A stretch of DNA of 27,639 nucleotides, taken from an uncultured archaeon (GTDB lineage Archaea; Asgardarchaeota; Lokiarchaeia; Sigyniarchaeales; SOKP01). The translations under genes and the position numbers were made by a program. The stretch covers positions 1 to 27,639 of the forward strand of contig CAZGJX010000054.1 of the NCBI GenBank assembly GCA_964525635.1. Direction: 5' to 3'. Below, piece by piece: positions 8,323-19,172 of the stretch. Position 1 is the first letter of the stretch. Every line of letters starts with the position of its first letter. A model generated the notes under the pieces. It searched no databases, was not told the origin of the DNA, and saw nothing but the letters and a program-made list of their open reading frames with translations.

Positions 8323-11178
8323 ATGAAAGATATCAGAGATATGAAAGAATTTAGAGTTAACGATTACATCACTTTAAAACTTGAGAATGATATAACAAAT
8401 ATTTATATTGCTGGTAAGAAATTTCTTCAATGCACTACCCTACTTCTTAATATATCTCCTGATAATATATACCTAGTTAATGAGATCAAATCTATAGATG
8501 AAGCTGCTGAAAAATTAAAAATAAGTTTAGAAACGAGTCAAAATAATGATATTCCTCCTGAAACCGAATTTTGGGGTCATTGTTCAAATATGGAAGCATG
8601 GGTAGAACACGATTATGATACTTGCGTTCTCCACAGCAATATTTCATTTCCACTATTGAAAGAATTAAATAAAGTGGGAGATCCAATAGCAAATAAAGTG
8701 TTAAAAGAAGAGATAGCCAAAAGAATTCAAGCTAACTATAAACCTGTCATAGATTTTCTTATAGAAGAAAAATATTTAGATATTTTTACTCCTGATGAAT
8801 TAAGATCCTTATTTGATTGTGTGGAGGTAAATGGTGAATTTATTCCAATAATACATAATGAATTAGATCTAAGGAAATTAAACATAAAGGAAATTGATCA
8901 GATTGAATATTTAGAGAATAATGTTGATCTAATAAAATTAGATCTATCTCAAAATCATATTACTGATATTAAAGGATTAGAATGTCTAACCCAATTAAGA
9001 TCATTAGATCTATCAGGAAACCAAATTTCTGAAATAAAAAATTTAGAATATTTAAAAGAATTAGAGGAATTAAACCTATTTAACAATTTTTTGATGGAAA
9101 TTAATGGATTAGAACAATTAAAAAATTTAAGAACATTAGATCTTTCTAGAAATCAAATCTCTGAAATTAAAAATTTAGCAAATCTGAAGAAATTAGAAAA
9201 TCTATTTCTCTCAAAAAATAAAATAAGCGAAATTAATAATCTTGAACAATTAAAAAATCTAAGAAAATTATATATTTCAGAAAATCAAATTTTTGAAATT
9301 AAGGGTTTAAAAAATCTTATTAATTTAGAGATATTAATTCTTTCGGAAAATAAAATTAATAAAATTAAAGGTTTACAAAATCTCATCAATATAAAACAAT
9401 TAAATCTCTCTCAAAATCAATTATCAAATTTAGATGGATTGGTTGGACTATTAAATTTAAAGGAATTATACCTTTATAATAACAAGATTGCCGAATTAAA
9501 AGGTTTAGAGAATCTTATTAGTATAGAGAAGTTAGATCTAAATAGGAACCAAATTTGTGAAATTAACAGATTAGACAATCTAAAAAATATAAAGTGGTTA
9601 TATCTAAGGAATAATAAAATTACTAATATAAAGGGTTTAAAAAATCTTATTAATTTAGAGTATCTGGACCTTGCTAATAACCAAATAACTCTATTTAAGG
9701 GTATTGATAGTTTATCAAATCTTTTATGGATTTCATTAAGAGATAACAACATTAATAAAATAAAAAAAATTAATCACCCAATTAAATTAAAAGAATTATA
9801 TCTTGAGTACAATGAAATTACAGAAATTAATAATTTAAATAATTATATTAATTTAGAGAGATTAATTCTTAGTGGAAATAAAATTAATAGAATTCATGGA
9901 ATAAACCAATTAAACAATTTAGAGTTTTTATATTTAAATGATAATAAATTAAAAACAACAGAGGGTTTTGAGAATCTTAATAATTTACAGGAATTATATC
10001 TTCATAATAACCAAATATCACAAATTAATCCTCTGGAAAATCTTATTTCATTAAAAAAATTATACCTAAACAATAATCAAATTAGCGAAATTAAGGGATT
10101 AGATCATCTAATTAATCTGGAGGAATTAGACCTATCTGATAATCTCATTAATAAAATAAAAAATATTAAGAGATTAAAAAACCTACAATGGATATATTTA
10201 AGAAATAATAAATTAATTGAAATCAAGGATGTTGAATATCCTGAGAATCTAAGAGGATTATCTCTTGATTTAAATCAGATTAAAAAAATATACTTTATTA
10301 ATAATCTTAATAAATTAGAAGCACTCGAACTTTCAAAAAATAATATTACTGAAATTGATTTTTTAGATAAAATTACTAATCTATTATGGTTACATTTAAA
10401 AGATAATCAAATTAAAAAAATAAGTGGTCTTGATAAACTTTTAAAATTAAAAGGATTAAATCTTAACAATAATGATATTAACGAAATTAATGGATTAGAA
10501 CAATTAAAAAATTTATTATCTTTAGATCTTTCCAAAAATCATATTTCTGAAATTAAAGGTTTAGACAATCTACTCAATTTAGAAAAATTATTTCTATCAC
10601 AAAATAAAATTCGCAATATTAAAAATATAAACCATCTTCATAAATTACAGCGTATTTCATTATTCCAGAATGAAATCATTGAAGTGAAAAGTGATTATTT
10701 TCCACCTAATCTCGAAAGTTTATATCTCGATAATAATCATATTAATACATTGAAGGGTTTTAGAGATTTTGATAAATTAATAAGTTTAAAACTTAATTCT
10801 AATGATATAAAAGAGATTGAAAGTTTAAATAATCTTAAAAATTTAGAAGTTTTAGAACTTTCAAGAAATCAGATTAAAGAAATTAAGAATTTAGAGGAAT
10901 TATTTAAATTAAGAAGTTTAATTCTATCAAAAAATCAAATTACTGAAATTAAGGATTTAGACAGTCTTCTTAACTTAGAAAAATTAGATTTATCTAATAA
11001 CCCTATTTCGGATTTAAAGGGATTAGGGAATTTAGTAAAGTTAAATATATTAAGAATTTATGGTAATTTAATATCTAAAACTCTTTTAAGAAAGTTTGGC
11101 GGAATAACTGATTTTGGATTTGTTAAAGAAATAAAGAATCTTATTATTTATTGCAAAAAAGAAATAAAAAAAGACTAA
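8323..11178 (+). CDS. LRR protein: FWGHCSN N-terminal domain plus roughly 34 SDS22-like 22-aa repeats
   Basis: Repeats of LxxLxLxxNxIxxIxGLxxLxx; N-domain shared with the genes at 20912-24715 and 26541. Confidence 0.93.
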   Translation: MKDIRDMKEFRVNDYITLKLENDITNIYIAGKKFLQCTTLLLNISPDNIYLVNEIKSIDEAAEKLKISLETSQNNDIPPETEFWGHCSNMEAWVEHDYDTCVLHSNISFPLLKELNKVGDPIANKVLKEEIAKRIQANYKPVIDFLIEEKYLDIFTPDELRSLFDCVEVNGEFIPIIHNELDLRKLNIKEIDQIEYLENNVDLIKLDLSQNHITDIKGLECLTQLRSLDLSGNQISEIKNLEYLKELEELNLFNNFLMEINGLEQLKNLRTLDLSRNQISEIKNLANLKKLENLFLSKNKISEINNLEQLKNLRKLYISENQIFEIKGLKNLINLEILILSENKINKIKGLQNLINIKQLNLSQNQLSNLDGLVGLLNLKELYLYNNKIAELKGLENLISIEKLDLNRNQICEINRLDNLKNIKWLYLRNNKITNIKGLKNLINLEYLDLANNQITLFKGIDSLSNLLWISLRDNNINKIKKINHPIKLKELYLEYNEITEINNLNNYINLERLILSGNKINRIHGINQLNNLEFLYLNDNKLKTTEGFENLNNLQELYLHNNQISQINPLENLISLKKLYLNNNQISEIKGLDHLINLEELDLSDNLINKIKNIKRLKNLQWIYLRNNKLIEIKDVEYPENLRGLSLDLNQIKKIYFINNLNKLEALELSKNNITEIDFLDKITNLLWLHLKDNQIKKISGLDKLLKLKGLNLNNNDINEINGLEQLKNLLSLDLSKNHISEIKGLDNLLNLEKLFLSQNKIRNIKNINHLHKLQRISLFQNEIIEVKSDYFPPNLESLYLDNNHINTLKGFRDFDKLISLKLNSNDIKEIESLNNLKNLEVLELSRNQIKEIKNLEELFKLRSLILSKNQITEIKDLDSLLNLEKLDLSNNPISDLKGLGNLVKLNILRIYGNLISKTLLRKFGGITDFGFVKEIKNLIIYCKKEIKKD

Positions 11179-11224
11179 GGATATATAATACTTTAAATTA
11201 GCTTGATTTTTTAGGATATCATAA

Positions 11225-11932
11225 TTAAGATGAAAATCCAAAAACAATCCTCACATCATTTTTAGTTATGTATTTTTCTTCTTCAGCATGTAGATCAATA
11301 ACATTATTGAACAATCTCATAAGATCACTATAATAAGAATTCTCAACTGCTTGTATATATGTAATTTCCCATTCAATTTCTGTTAAATATTTTATATTTT
11401 TCTCAATATCCATTTTACCATTTATTAAATTATTCATCTCATCATTTGAAATCCTTTTTATTTCCCATTTCCCCGATTTTTCTATTAATTTCCATTTTCC
11501 ATTTTCTCCCTTAACTCTAGCACGACCAATACCAGAATATGTTATAGGCTTTCCAATTAATAAAAATTCCTTATATTGTTGGGGATTAACATAATCCTTC
11601 CTTTTTAATTTTCTATTCCAATCGAAATCCTCGATTTCTTTTATCGTTAACCAAGAAAATGTATGTTCTCCAGTTAGGATATTACCTGTATATTCATTAT
11701 ATTCCTTTAATAAAACAGGATCGATATCTTTAGGCAATCCCCTTGGTTTAGTTATTGGTATAATTCCAAAATGATTTCTTACGCCTGCTATAATAGAGAA
11801 AAATTCATAAGATCTATAAATTATGATTGGAAAATAATTGTTTTTGTTGATGAAATTTGGCAAATATTTTCCAATCCAATTCCATTTTCCATCAATTCTT
11901 ACTTCAATTTGGAGATATAAATCTGTTCCCAT
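11225..11932 (-). CDS. Phage/bacterial-type conserved hypothetical protein
   Basis: MGTD...YxxFSIIAGVRN...PRGLPKD...HTFSWLTIKEI...VRIVFGF resembles an uncharacterised phage-associated family (recalled, not searched). Confidence 0.6.
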   Translation of the reverse strand: MGTDLYLQIEVRIDGKWNWIGKYLPNFINKNNYFPIIIYRSYEFFSIIAGVRNHFGIIPITKPRGLPKDIDPVLLKEYNEYTGNILTGEHTFSWLTIKEIEDFDWNRKLKRKDYVNPQQYKEFLLIGKPITYSGIGRARVKGENGKWKLIEKSGKWEIKRISNDEMNNLINGKMDIEKNIKYLTEIEWEITYIQAVENSYYSDLMRLFNNVIDLHAEEEKYITKNDVRIVFGFSS

Positions 11933-12019
11933 ATAATAATCAAATTATTTTATAATTCTCTATATTTTTTTAGTGATCAAAAGTTAAAATATATTAATAA
12001 ATAAAAGAGATATATCAAT

Positions 12020-12928
12020 ATGAAAACCTTAGAAAATGAGAAAATACCTTATCACTGGAAAGCATTATTTTATATATTAATTGTTGGTTGCTTAACTTCA
12101 TTACCTTGGATTTTAAGAGAAATATCAGGTACTGAAGATCCTAAAATATGGAAACTTATTCCATTTGATAAAGGAGGAGTTCAACAATTTGTTCTTCAAG
12201 GATTATTTCCTATTTATTTAATTCCAATAGGTCTTCTATCTGGTTATGGATTAGTAAATCTTTTAATATCCTTTCATTCAATAATAAATAAAAAACCTCT
12301 CTATACCTTATTTCCTCAAGAACGTTTAGATAAAAAAATAAGATTTAAAAAAGTATATTTTAGAGGTCTTTTGCTATCAGCATTTGCATTTGCATTGAGT
12401 ATTTCTCTTTCTGATAATGAAATTGTACAAGAATATGTTATGGTTAGCCCTCTTGATGACTTTAATACTTTCTTTTTTACTTTTAACTTCTTAATGTATT
12501 TTTTCATTCTTTTAGGTTCATTAATATTTACACCTCTTTGGCTTCTTGAAGATTGTCCTATCTTTTACTATAAATCAGAGGAAAATATATTAAATTTTGA
12601 AGTATCTTCTGTAAATAAATCTTTTAATAAATAACTCAAAGGATTTCTTGGTTTTGAATTAATTTATTCATATATTCGATATATGATTTACACAATCGAA
12701 TATAATTTAGGATCTACGTTAGATTTTGAAAGAATCGCTATGATGATTACATATCCACTTCTTATCTTCCTTTTCATTTTTTGGATATTTCCATTTTTAT
12801 ATATATTAGAAAAAATTAAACTTCATAGACAAAATTACGTTATGAAGAAAGTTAGGAAGAGAAAAAACTATAATGAACAATTATATCTTGAATTAAAAGA
12901 TTTGGAAGAATTGAAAAGAAAAAAATAA
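12020..12928 (+). pseudogene. Multi-pass membrane protein split by one in-frame TAA
   Basis: ORFs 12020-12634 and 12683-12928 are in the same frame and read SFNK*LKGFLGFELIYSYIRYMIY across the stop. Confidence 0.75.
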
Positions 12929-12946
12929 AAATTTTTTTTTTTATAG

Positions 12947-13819
12947 TTATATTTTGAATATTTTTCGAAATTCATTATGGTCAACGACATTAGCGACTAA
13001 TATATTAGCCATACTATTTATTCCTTCAAAATGACCTTGATCAGTAAATCCAGCACAAAAATCTCCACAAACAGAAACATTTCCATAATTATGAATTACC
13101 ATTAACTCAAAAGCTAGTAGAAAAATCTTTACATTTGTTATAACTCCAAAAATGCCAATATTTACCTCATTTTTAGAGTTACCTGAATTCTTAATAATGG
13201 TATTTAAGACAGATTCAAGCTCTGTTTCTGCAAATGAACTAAGACTGTTAGAATTTATGATAATATTAAATTCAGGATGTTCTTTAATAAGATCATCCAA
13301 AGGAGAGATAAATTTAGCACCATATGTTCCTTTCATACAGTGTGGACCAAAATTATCTAATTCTCCCTTCTGAAGCATATCTGTTGGGTCATGCCAATCT
13401 CTAAGATGAATACATTGATATTCTTCTGTGCTATTTTCACTATATAGAGCCTTTGATCCTTTTACCATCAAATCTTTTAAGAATTGGTTTAATTTTCCTC
13501 CCTGCCATATTCTCTGTGATTCATCGTAATCTACATGAACTCTATGCTTATATTTTTCTAAAATCTTATGGTAGGAAAGAGATATCTTGCCATTTTGAGT
13601 TTCTGCATTTTTTTTTAACCAAGTCATAAAATTATCTATGGTTGCTTGATTTACATTTCTATCTTGACTATTGAAATATTGAATCCACATCTCTTGACTC
13701 TTTAAATAATCAAGTTTTAATTTGTCATCTGATTGACTTAAATCATCTAAAGGTTCAATAAAATCATTTTGCATAGAACATGTCATTATTATATTTAATC
13801 TTTTTTTTACTTTTGACAT
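12947..13819 (-). CDS. Isochorismatase/nicotinamidase-fold protein with altered active site
   Basis: SMQNDF, RDWHD, PHCMKGTYGAKF and GVITNVKI align to PncA motifs DxQNDF, DxH, HCxxGTxGA and GxxTxxCV. Confidence 0.75.
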   Translation of the reverse strand: MSKVKKRLNIIMTCSMQNDFIEPLDDLSQSDDKLKLDYLKSQEMWIQYFNSQDRNVNQATIDNFMTWLKKNAETQNGKISLSYHKILEKYKHRVHVDYDESQRIWQGGKLNQFLKDLMVKGSKALYSENSTEEYQCIHLRDWHDPTDMLQKGELDNFGPHCMKGTYGAKFISPLDDLIKEHPEFNIIINSNSLSSFAETELESVLNTIIKNSGNSKNEVNIGIFGVITNVKIFLLAFELMVIHNYGNVSVCGDFCAGFTDQGHFEGINSMANILVANVVDHNEFRKIFKI

Positions 13820-13849
13820 TTTTTTTAACCTCTTTTATATTTGGATTGA

Positions 13850-16225
13850 TTAGAGTTTATTTTTTATCATGAATAGGGTGATTATTCCAATTAGCGCAAG
13901 TGCAAATACATTTATATAAAAAGATATAGAATCTAAAATATCTCCTGGTGTCAATACTGCTTCCAAAAAGCCCCATGTACTAAATATGAATTCAATAATT
14001 ATGATTTTTGCGAAATAATCATCTATTATTTTTCCCATAGTAGATGCAACTCCTTTTCCTACTTGAATATTAATTTTGGGAATTATTGGATATTGAAAGT
14101 TATTTCTAAAGGCATTAAATAATTTACAGTTTTCTTCATCTTCTTCTTCAGATTCTAAAGGATTTAGTTTTTCAATAAACTCAACAGATATTTTTCTTAT
14201 AACAATATTAATTGAATTTTCAGTAGCATATCCACCATCTATTTGAAACATACAATCAGAATAATAGATATTTTCAGGTTCTTTTAAAATTTCATATTTA
14301 TTAAGCGTCTTTTTCGGATTGTCTAATAATTTAATAAAATTCTTTGAGTATATAAAATCAGAAAATACAAGATTATCTTTATCACCATGATCATCTTCTA
14401 TATCTATATTAATATTACTAATTAGAGGTGTGAATGCTGGTTCAATATTTTTTAAAATCATTAAGAACTTAATTTGGGTTTGACCTCGATCCTTCATTAT
14501 TGTAAAAACAGAATCTAGTATCTGAGTATCAGTTACTTCAATAAAATTCGATTCCTCAATATCATCTTCAATATTAGTAGTAGCAAACAATCTAAAACTC
14601 CAAGGAGCGTCTGGTAATCTAAAGAGAATGTTTTTTACACTATACCAATAAGCATCATAATGATCTTTAATCCCTGAAAGATATTCTTTTTGGTTTTTTA
14701 TGCAAATTTGATCTTTTTCACATTTATTTTCCATTTCGAAACTTATAAATGATGGGATAAATAAAGAACCTAAATCTCGCATATTATATCTAATAAAATC
14801 ACTTGTATCAATATTCTTTAGAGATAATTTTAATTCAGTTGCATTCTCTATTCTTTTTTTGATAATCCAATAAATTTTTTTTAATGATTCAATATTTTCA
14901 GGACTTTGTTCAGCAATCTGTTGAAGATTTTCACCATATATTTTCTCATATAATTCTTTATCATTTTTTTTAATGAATTTCAATTGTTCATTGAAATGCC
15001 ACAGAATTCCAAAATCTCTTAAAATTATAATTTTATTATGTCTTGAAGTGAAAATATGTCGATTGTCTCCAGAAATTTTTAATTTCTTGAGAAAAATCAT
15101 ACCTTTTTCAATAATTTTATCATCTCTATCAAATCTTTCCATGAAATAATTAACATCTACATTTCTAATCCAAATACCTTTCTCTAAATCCCAAATTTTC
15201 ATTGTATTATCTTTTGAAATCGAATAAAGGAATTGATCATTTCTTTGGATATCAATATAAACTACTGCATCTGTATGGCCTATTAATTCATTTATTAAAT
15301 TTGGTTTACCAGTGTTATTATTATCCCAGATTCTAATTGAATTGTCCAAACTACTGGAGATTATTTGATTACCTTTTTTAAAAATTTTTACACAAGTAAT
15401 TGAGTCTGGATGATTTCCAATTGAAATAGGTTTTGCATCATCATTTTTGTTCAGGGACCATTTTTTTATTGTCCCATTTCTGGATCCTGAAATTAAATAG
15501 TTTTTTTCATAGTGAGTATCAATACTTACAATCCATTCATCCTGAGTTCCGATTATTTGACTTTTTTCATCAATTCTAAGATCATTATGATCAATAGTTA
15601 TTTCCAGTTCATTTATAGTATTATCATTTGTCTTTGTTTTATTTATTGCATGGATGTTATTGAGTACATAAAAAAGTCTGAAAGAATTATTTTTCTGAGA
15701 ATTGTGTAAAACATCCATATCAAAAACAGCTTTTGGATATATATCTTGTGTTTCAGATTCATATAATACTCTTTTCGATTTTATATTTTCAAAAATCCAT
15801 TTTTCTGTATGGTCATCTATATTACCAGTCCATATATATAAATCTCCATTAATACTTCCAGCGCAGATAACCCAATGTTTCTTATCATTTATATTCAGCA
15901 CTATCGAATCAATACATAAGAGCCAATTGTCAATTTTCACATTTTCATTCTTGGTTATTTCTCCTTCTAAAATGCATTCAGGATTATTCTCATTTTCAAG
16001 TAATTCTTCTATGTTCCAAATTAACACTCTAGGTTTTTCATTCTCTAAATTTTCTGAACAGGAAAGAAGGTACTTTCCATCAGGAGTTAGTTCCATCCCT
16101 CTAACATCAAGATTATGCTTTTCTATGACATTGATAATAATATCATTTAGCTTTTCTGAAAAAATCTCTTTTGTTTGAGGAATGTCCTTATTCTTTTCTT
16201 CATTATTATTTGATTGAATTCCCAT
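13850..16225 (-). CDS. WD40-repeat protein with unknown middle domain and two C-terminal TM helices
   Basis: ISGSRNGTIKKW, SSSLDNSIRIWD, GHTDAV...SKDNTMKIWD; hydrophobic C-terminal hairpin. Confidence 0.85.
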   Translation of the reverse strand: MGIQSNNNEEKNKDIPQTKEIFSEKLNDIIINVIEKHNLDVRGMELTPDGKYLLSCSENLENEKPRVLIWNIEELLENENNPECILEGEITKNENVKIDNWLLCIDSIVLNINDKKHWVICAGSINGDLYIWTGNIDDHTEKWIFENIKSKRVLYESETQDIYPKAVFDMDVLHNSQKNNSFRLFYVLNNIHAINKTKTNDNTINELEITIDHNDLRIDEKSQIIGTQDEWIVSIDTHYEKNYLISGSRNGTIKKWSLNKNDDAKPISIGNHPDSITCVKIFKKGNQIISSSLDNSIRIWDNNNTGKPNLINELIGHTDAVVYIDIQRNDQFLYSISKDNTMKIWDLEKGIWIRNVDVNYFMERFDRDDKIIEKGMIFLKKLKISGDNRHIFTSRHNKIIILRDFGILWHFNEQLKFIKKNDKELYEKIYGENLQQIAEQSPENIESLKKIYWIIKKRIENATELKLSLKNIDTSDFIRYNMRDLGSLFIPSFISFEMENKCEKDQICIKNQKEYLSGIKDHYDAYWYSVKNILFRLPDAPWSFRLFATTNIEDDIEESNFIEVTDTQILDSVFTIMKDRGQTQIKFLMILKNIEPAFTPLISNINIDIEDDHGDKDNLVFSDFIYSKNFIKLLDNPKKTLNKYEILKEPENIYYSDCMFQIDGGYATENSINIVIRKISVEFIEKLNPLESEEEDEENCKLFNAFRNNFQYPIIPKINIQVGKGVASTMGKIIDDYFAKIIIIEFIFSTWGFLEAVLTPGDILDSISFYINVFALALIGIITLFMIKNKL

Positions 16226-16405
16226 ATGATCACTCGTATAAGATAGTTATATTGATCATTGATTTTTATTATAAGAATCTTTTGATTTCTTTTATTCTAG
16301 TTGATCAATCAAAATAGAAGAGAAATAATACAAAATTATCTTTATAATTAAATAATATAGATGTAATAAAAAAAAAAGAAATATTAATTTAATACTTTTA
16401 ATGAA

Positions 16406-18880
16406 TTAATCCATCTTTTCAAGGAGTTTTGCAATTTTAAGGAAATATTCCTTTAAAGATATTTTTTTATAACTTACTTCATCAAAGGTTTTCTCAAATT
16501 CAGTAAAATTTTCCTTTAGAAGATTAGTGAACTCTTCAGATTCAACTAAACTTTCTACAGAATTTTTAAGAGCAAATTTTTGTCGATCATATTTTGCACC
16601 TTCAGCCTCAAATAAATCAACCGTTTCTTTGAATTTCTTGATATAATCATATAGTTTAATCTTAAAGCCATTAAAATCATTTTCATCATATTCAAATCCC
16701 AATTGTCGACTTAAACCTATTTCGCCTAAATCACCCCATCCTACATTGGCCCCCTTAACGGGAATAATTTGAATATTATATTGTCTTGCCAAGTCAAGTT
16801 CATGAGCACAATCTACTGAATTGTGAACAGATTTTTGAGAGGCAAAAAATAGTAAGAGTTGACTGTCAGGGACTTTATCATTCATAAAATCATCAATATT
16901 TCCAGTAAGATCCTCTTCACAATAATATGCCTTATCTATTACGTTCTGTCGTTCAAAAAAATCAGAGAGTTCTGCAATCTTAAAGTAATCATAATCAACA
17001 ACTGCATGACTCAGAAAGACATTCATAGCAGCATGTTTTCTACAATATTTAAGTATTTCAGGGATTCCTTTGGCAATAACCTCTTTAGATTCATCATCCC
17101 ATGGATTATCTGTAAGATTTAATTCTTCTAATTTCTTTAGAGACCATATTTGAATTGGAATTTTTGAGAATTGGTTATAAACAAGATAAAGATGTGTTAT
17201 ATTTTTCAAATTTCCAATACTATCAGGAAGAGAGGATAAATTATTACGCATTAAATTCAATACTTTAAGCTTTTCTAGATCTCCTATCCATTCAGGAATG
17301 ACCCCCAAATTGTTATGATTTAATGCCAAATACGTAATATTGACAAGATTTTTAAGAGTATCTGGTAATTTTGTTAGTTTATTTTGCGATAAATCGAGTT
17401 CTCTTAGGTTTATTAAATTACCAATAGAGTCTGGAATAGATTCTAATTTATAAGAACCACTGAGAGATAATGATTCTAGAGATATAATATTTCCTATAGA
17501 TTCTGGAACTTTCATTATCTCATGACCCCGGAGTATTAATTTCTTAAGGGAGGTGATATTTCCTATAGATTCAGGAAGGTTTGTTACTTTACTACCGCCC
17601 AAATCTAGTATTTGAAGATTTTTCATTTGACCTATTGATTCGGGAAGAGATTCTACGTAATTATTTTCCATATGTATTTCTTTAAGGGATGAAAGCTTTC
17701 CAAGGGATTCTGGGAAATTTCTAAATTTATTTTTCTCTAAACGGAGGATTTCAAGAGATTGAATATTGCCTATTGCTTCATTTAGTGTTTCTAATCTATT
17801 ACTGTTTAAATTTAACTCTTTAAGTGATCTAAACGTACCTATTGAATCTGGTAAAGAGTTTAAACCACAACTTTCTATATCCAATTTTTCTAGATTAGGA
17901 AGTTGCATTAAAACATTAGGGATGGTTTCAAACCTAATACCAGTCAAATCCAATTCTATAAGAGATTCAAGATTCCTAAAAGAATCAGGTAATTCTTTAA
18001 ATTTAGCTCCTGATAAATCCAATATTTCAAGTGACTTAAGTTCTGGTATCCAATCTGGAATAGTTAAACTTTGTCTATTATTTTTAAAGGATAATTTTTT
18101 AAGATTAATAAGGTTTTTAATTCCGTTTGGAATTATTGAAAAATTACATTCACCTAAATCTAGGTTTGTTAACGAAATTAGTTTAGCTATAGAAACAGGG
18201 AGAGACTCTAGCATAACACCTCTTAAATTTAACTCTCTTAACGATCTAAGTTGGGTAATTTGCTCAGGTAATTCTGATAATTTGTATGCCTCTCTATTTA
18301 GTTTTACAAGAGCAGTTAACCGAGTAAATGAATCTGGAAGTTGATTAATAGGATTTCTACCAATATTTAACTCTTTTAGTAAGGTAAGATTTCCAATTGA
18401 TTCTGGAAGTGTTTTCAAAACCTCATTACCATATAAATTTAGTTCTTTAATTGAAGTTAAATTACCTATTGATTCAGGTATAGAGGGAATATAATTTTTT
18501 TGTAAATCTAAAACCTCAAGATTTTTAAGGGTTGTTATTATTTCTGGAAAATCCTTTAATTTATTATGACTTATAATTAAAGTTTTAAGTGATCTAAGAT
18601 TTTTAATTGATTCTGGTAGATTGATATTCTGGTTTCCTGCTAGGTCTAGGGTTCTAAGTGCAGAAAGATTACCTATTGCCTCGGGAAGATTTGTTATTCG
18701 AGCATCTCTTAGATTAAGTGTTACAATCTCATTGTTCTCTAGTTCATAAAAATAATACTCCGCATCTGTTTTAGTTTTATTTGGAATTGCATCTTTAAAT
18801 TGACTTAGCCGGTCTAATTCCTCAAGAAGAGCTAAATCTTCTTCTTTTAATATGTTATTTGTCGCCATTTTTAACATCAA
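16406..18880 (-). CDS. LRR-TIR protein (roughly 24 LPESIGNL-type 23-aa repeats plus C-terminal TIR-like domain)
   Basis: LRRs followed by VFLSHA...LLLFFASQKSVHNSVDCAHELDLA...IIPV, matching TIR betaA and the alphaC CxxEL motif. Confidence 0.85.
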   Translation of the reverse strand: MMLKMATNNILKEEDLALLEELDRLSQFKDAIPNKTKTDAEYYFYELENNEIVTLNLRDARITNLPEAIGNLSALRTLDLAGNQNINLPESIKNLRSLKTLIISHNKLKDFPEIITTLKNLEVLDLQKNYIPSIPESIGNLTSIKELNLYGNEVLKTLPESIGNLTLLKELNIGRNPINQLPDSFTRLTALVKLNREAYKLSELPEQITQLRSLRELNLRGVMLESLPVSIAKLISLTNLDLGECNFSIIPNGIKNLINLKKLSFKNNRQSLTIPDWIPELKSLEILDLSGAKFKELPDSFRNLESLIELDLTGIRFETIPNVLMQLPNLEKLDIESCGLNSLPDSIGTFRSLKELNLNSNRLETLNEAIGNIQSLEILRLEKNKFRNFPESLGKLSSLKEIHMENNYVESLPESIGQMKNLQILDLGGSKVTNLPESIGNITSLKKLILRGHEIMKVPESIGNIISLESLSLSGSYKLESIPDSIGNLINLRELDLSQNKLTKLPDTLKNLVNITYLALNHNNLGVIPEWIGDLEKLKVLNLMRNNLSSLPDSIGNLKNITHLYLVYNQFSKIPIQIWSLKKLEELNLTDNPWDDESKEVIAKGIPEILKYCRKHAAMNVFLSHAVVDYDYFKIAELSDFFERQNVIDKAYYCEEDLTGNIDDFMNDKVPDSQLLLFFASQKSVHNSVDCAHELDLARQYNIQIIPVKGANVGWGDLGEIGLSRQLGFEYDENDFNGFKIKLYDYIKKFKETVDLFEAEGAKYDRQKFALKNSVESLVESEEFTNLLKENFTEFEKTFDEVSYKKISLKEYFLKIAKLLEKMD

Positions 18881-19097
18881 ATTTTATATTATTATTCATT
18901 GGAGTTTTTTTTTTAAATATCTATGTTTGTTAATAGAATATTAATTATTATTGAAGCATAAATATATATTTTTTATGAAATAGGACAATTTATAATATTC
19001 ATTCAAAAGCTGGTTTGAAAAGGAGTGAATTTATACATTATAAACTTTTATTATAATAATAGAAAGAGAAGACCTAACTATTAATTGGAGTGATTAG

Positions 19098-19172
19098 TGG
19101 TGGGAGTGGAAGGATTTGAACCTTCGTAACGAACTTCCAAAGCTCGGATGATGAACACTACATTACACCCCC
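19098..19172 (-). tRNA. tRNA-Pro(TGG), CCA encoded
   Basis: GGGGGTG/CACTCCC acceptor; CGAGC-TTTGGAA-GTTCG; GAAGG-TTCAAAT-CCTTC. Confidence 0.85.

Noticed and set aside
7713-12634. Stop-codon reassignment or selenocysteine suggested by in-frame TGA (7713) and TAA (12632)
   Set aside because: The two stops differ, TAA and TGA terminate normal genes here, and no suppressor tRNA is present in the arrays.
68-18344. Short antisense ORFs (68, 941, 2287, 8492, 9474, 12316, 13152, 15512, 15702, 16859, 17766), and 26603-26797 further right
   Set aside because: Shadow frames of well-supported genes on the opposite strand.
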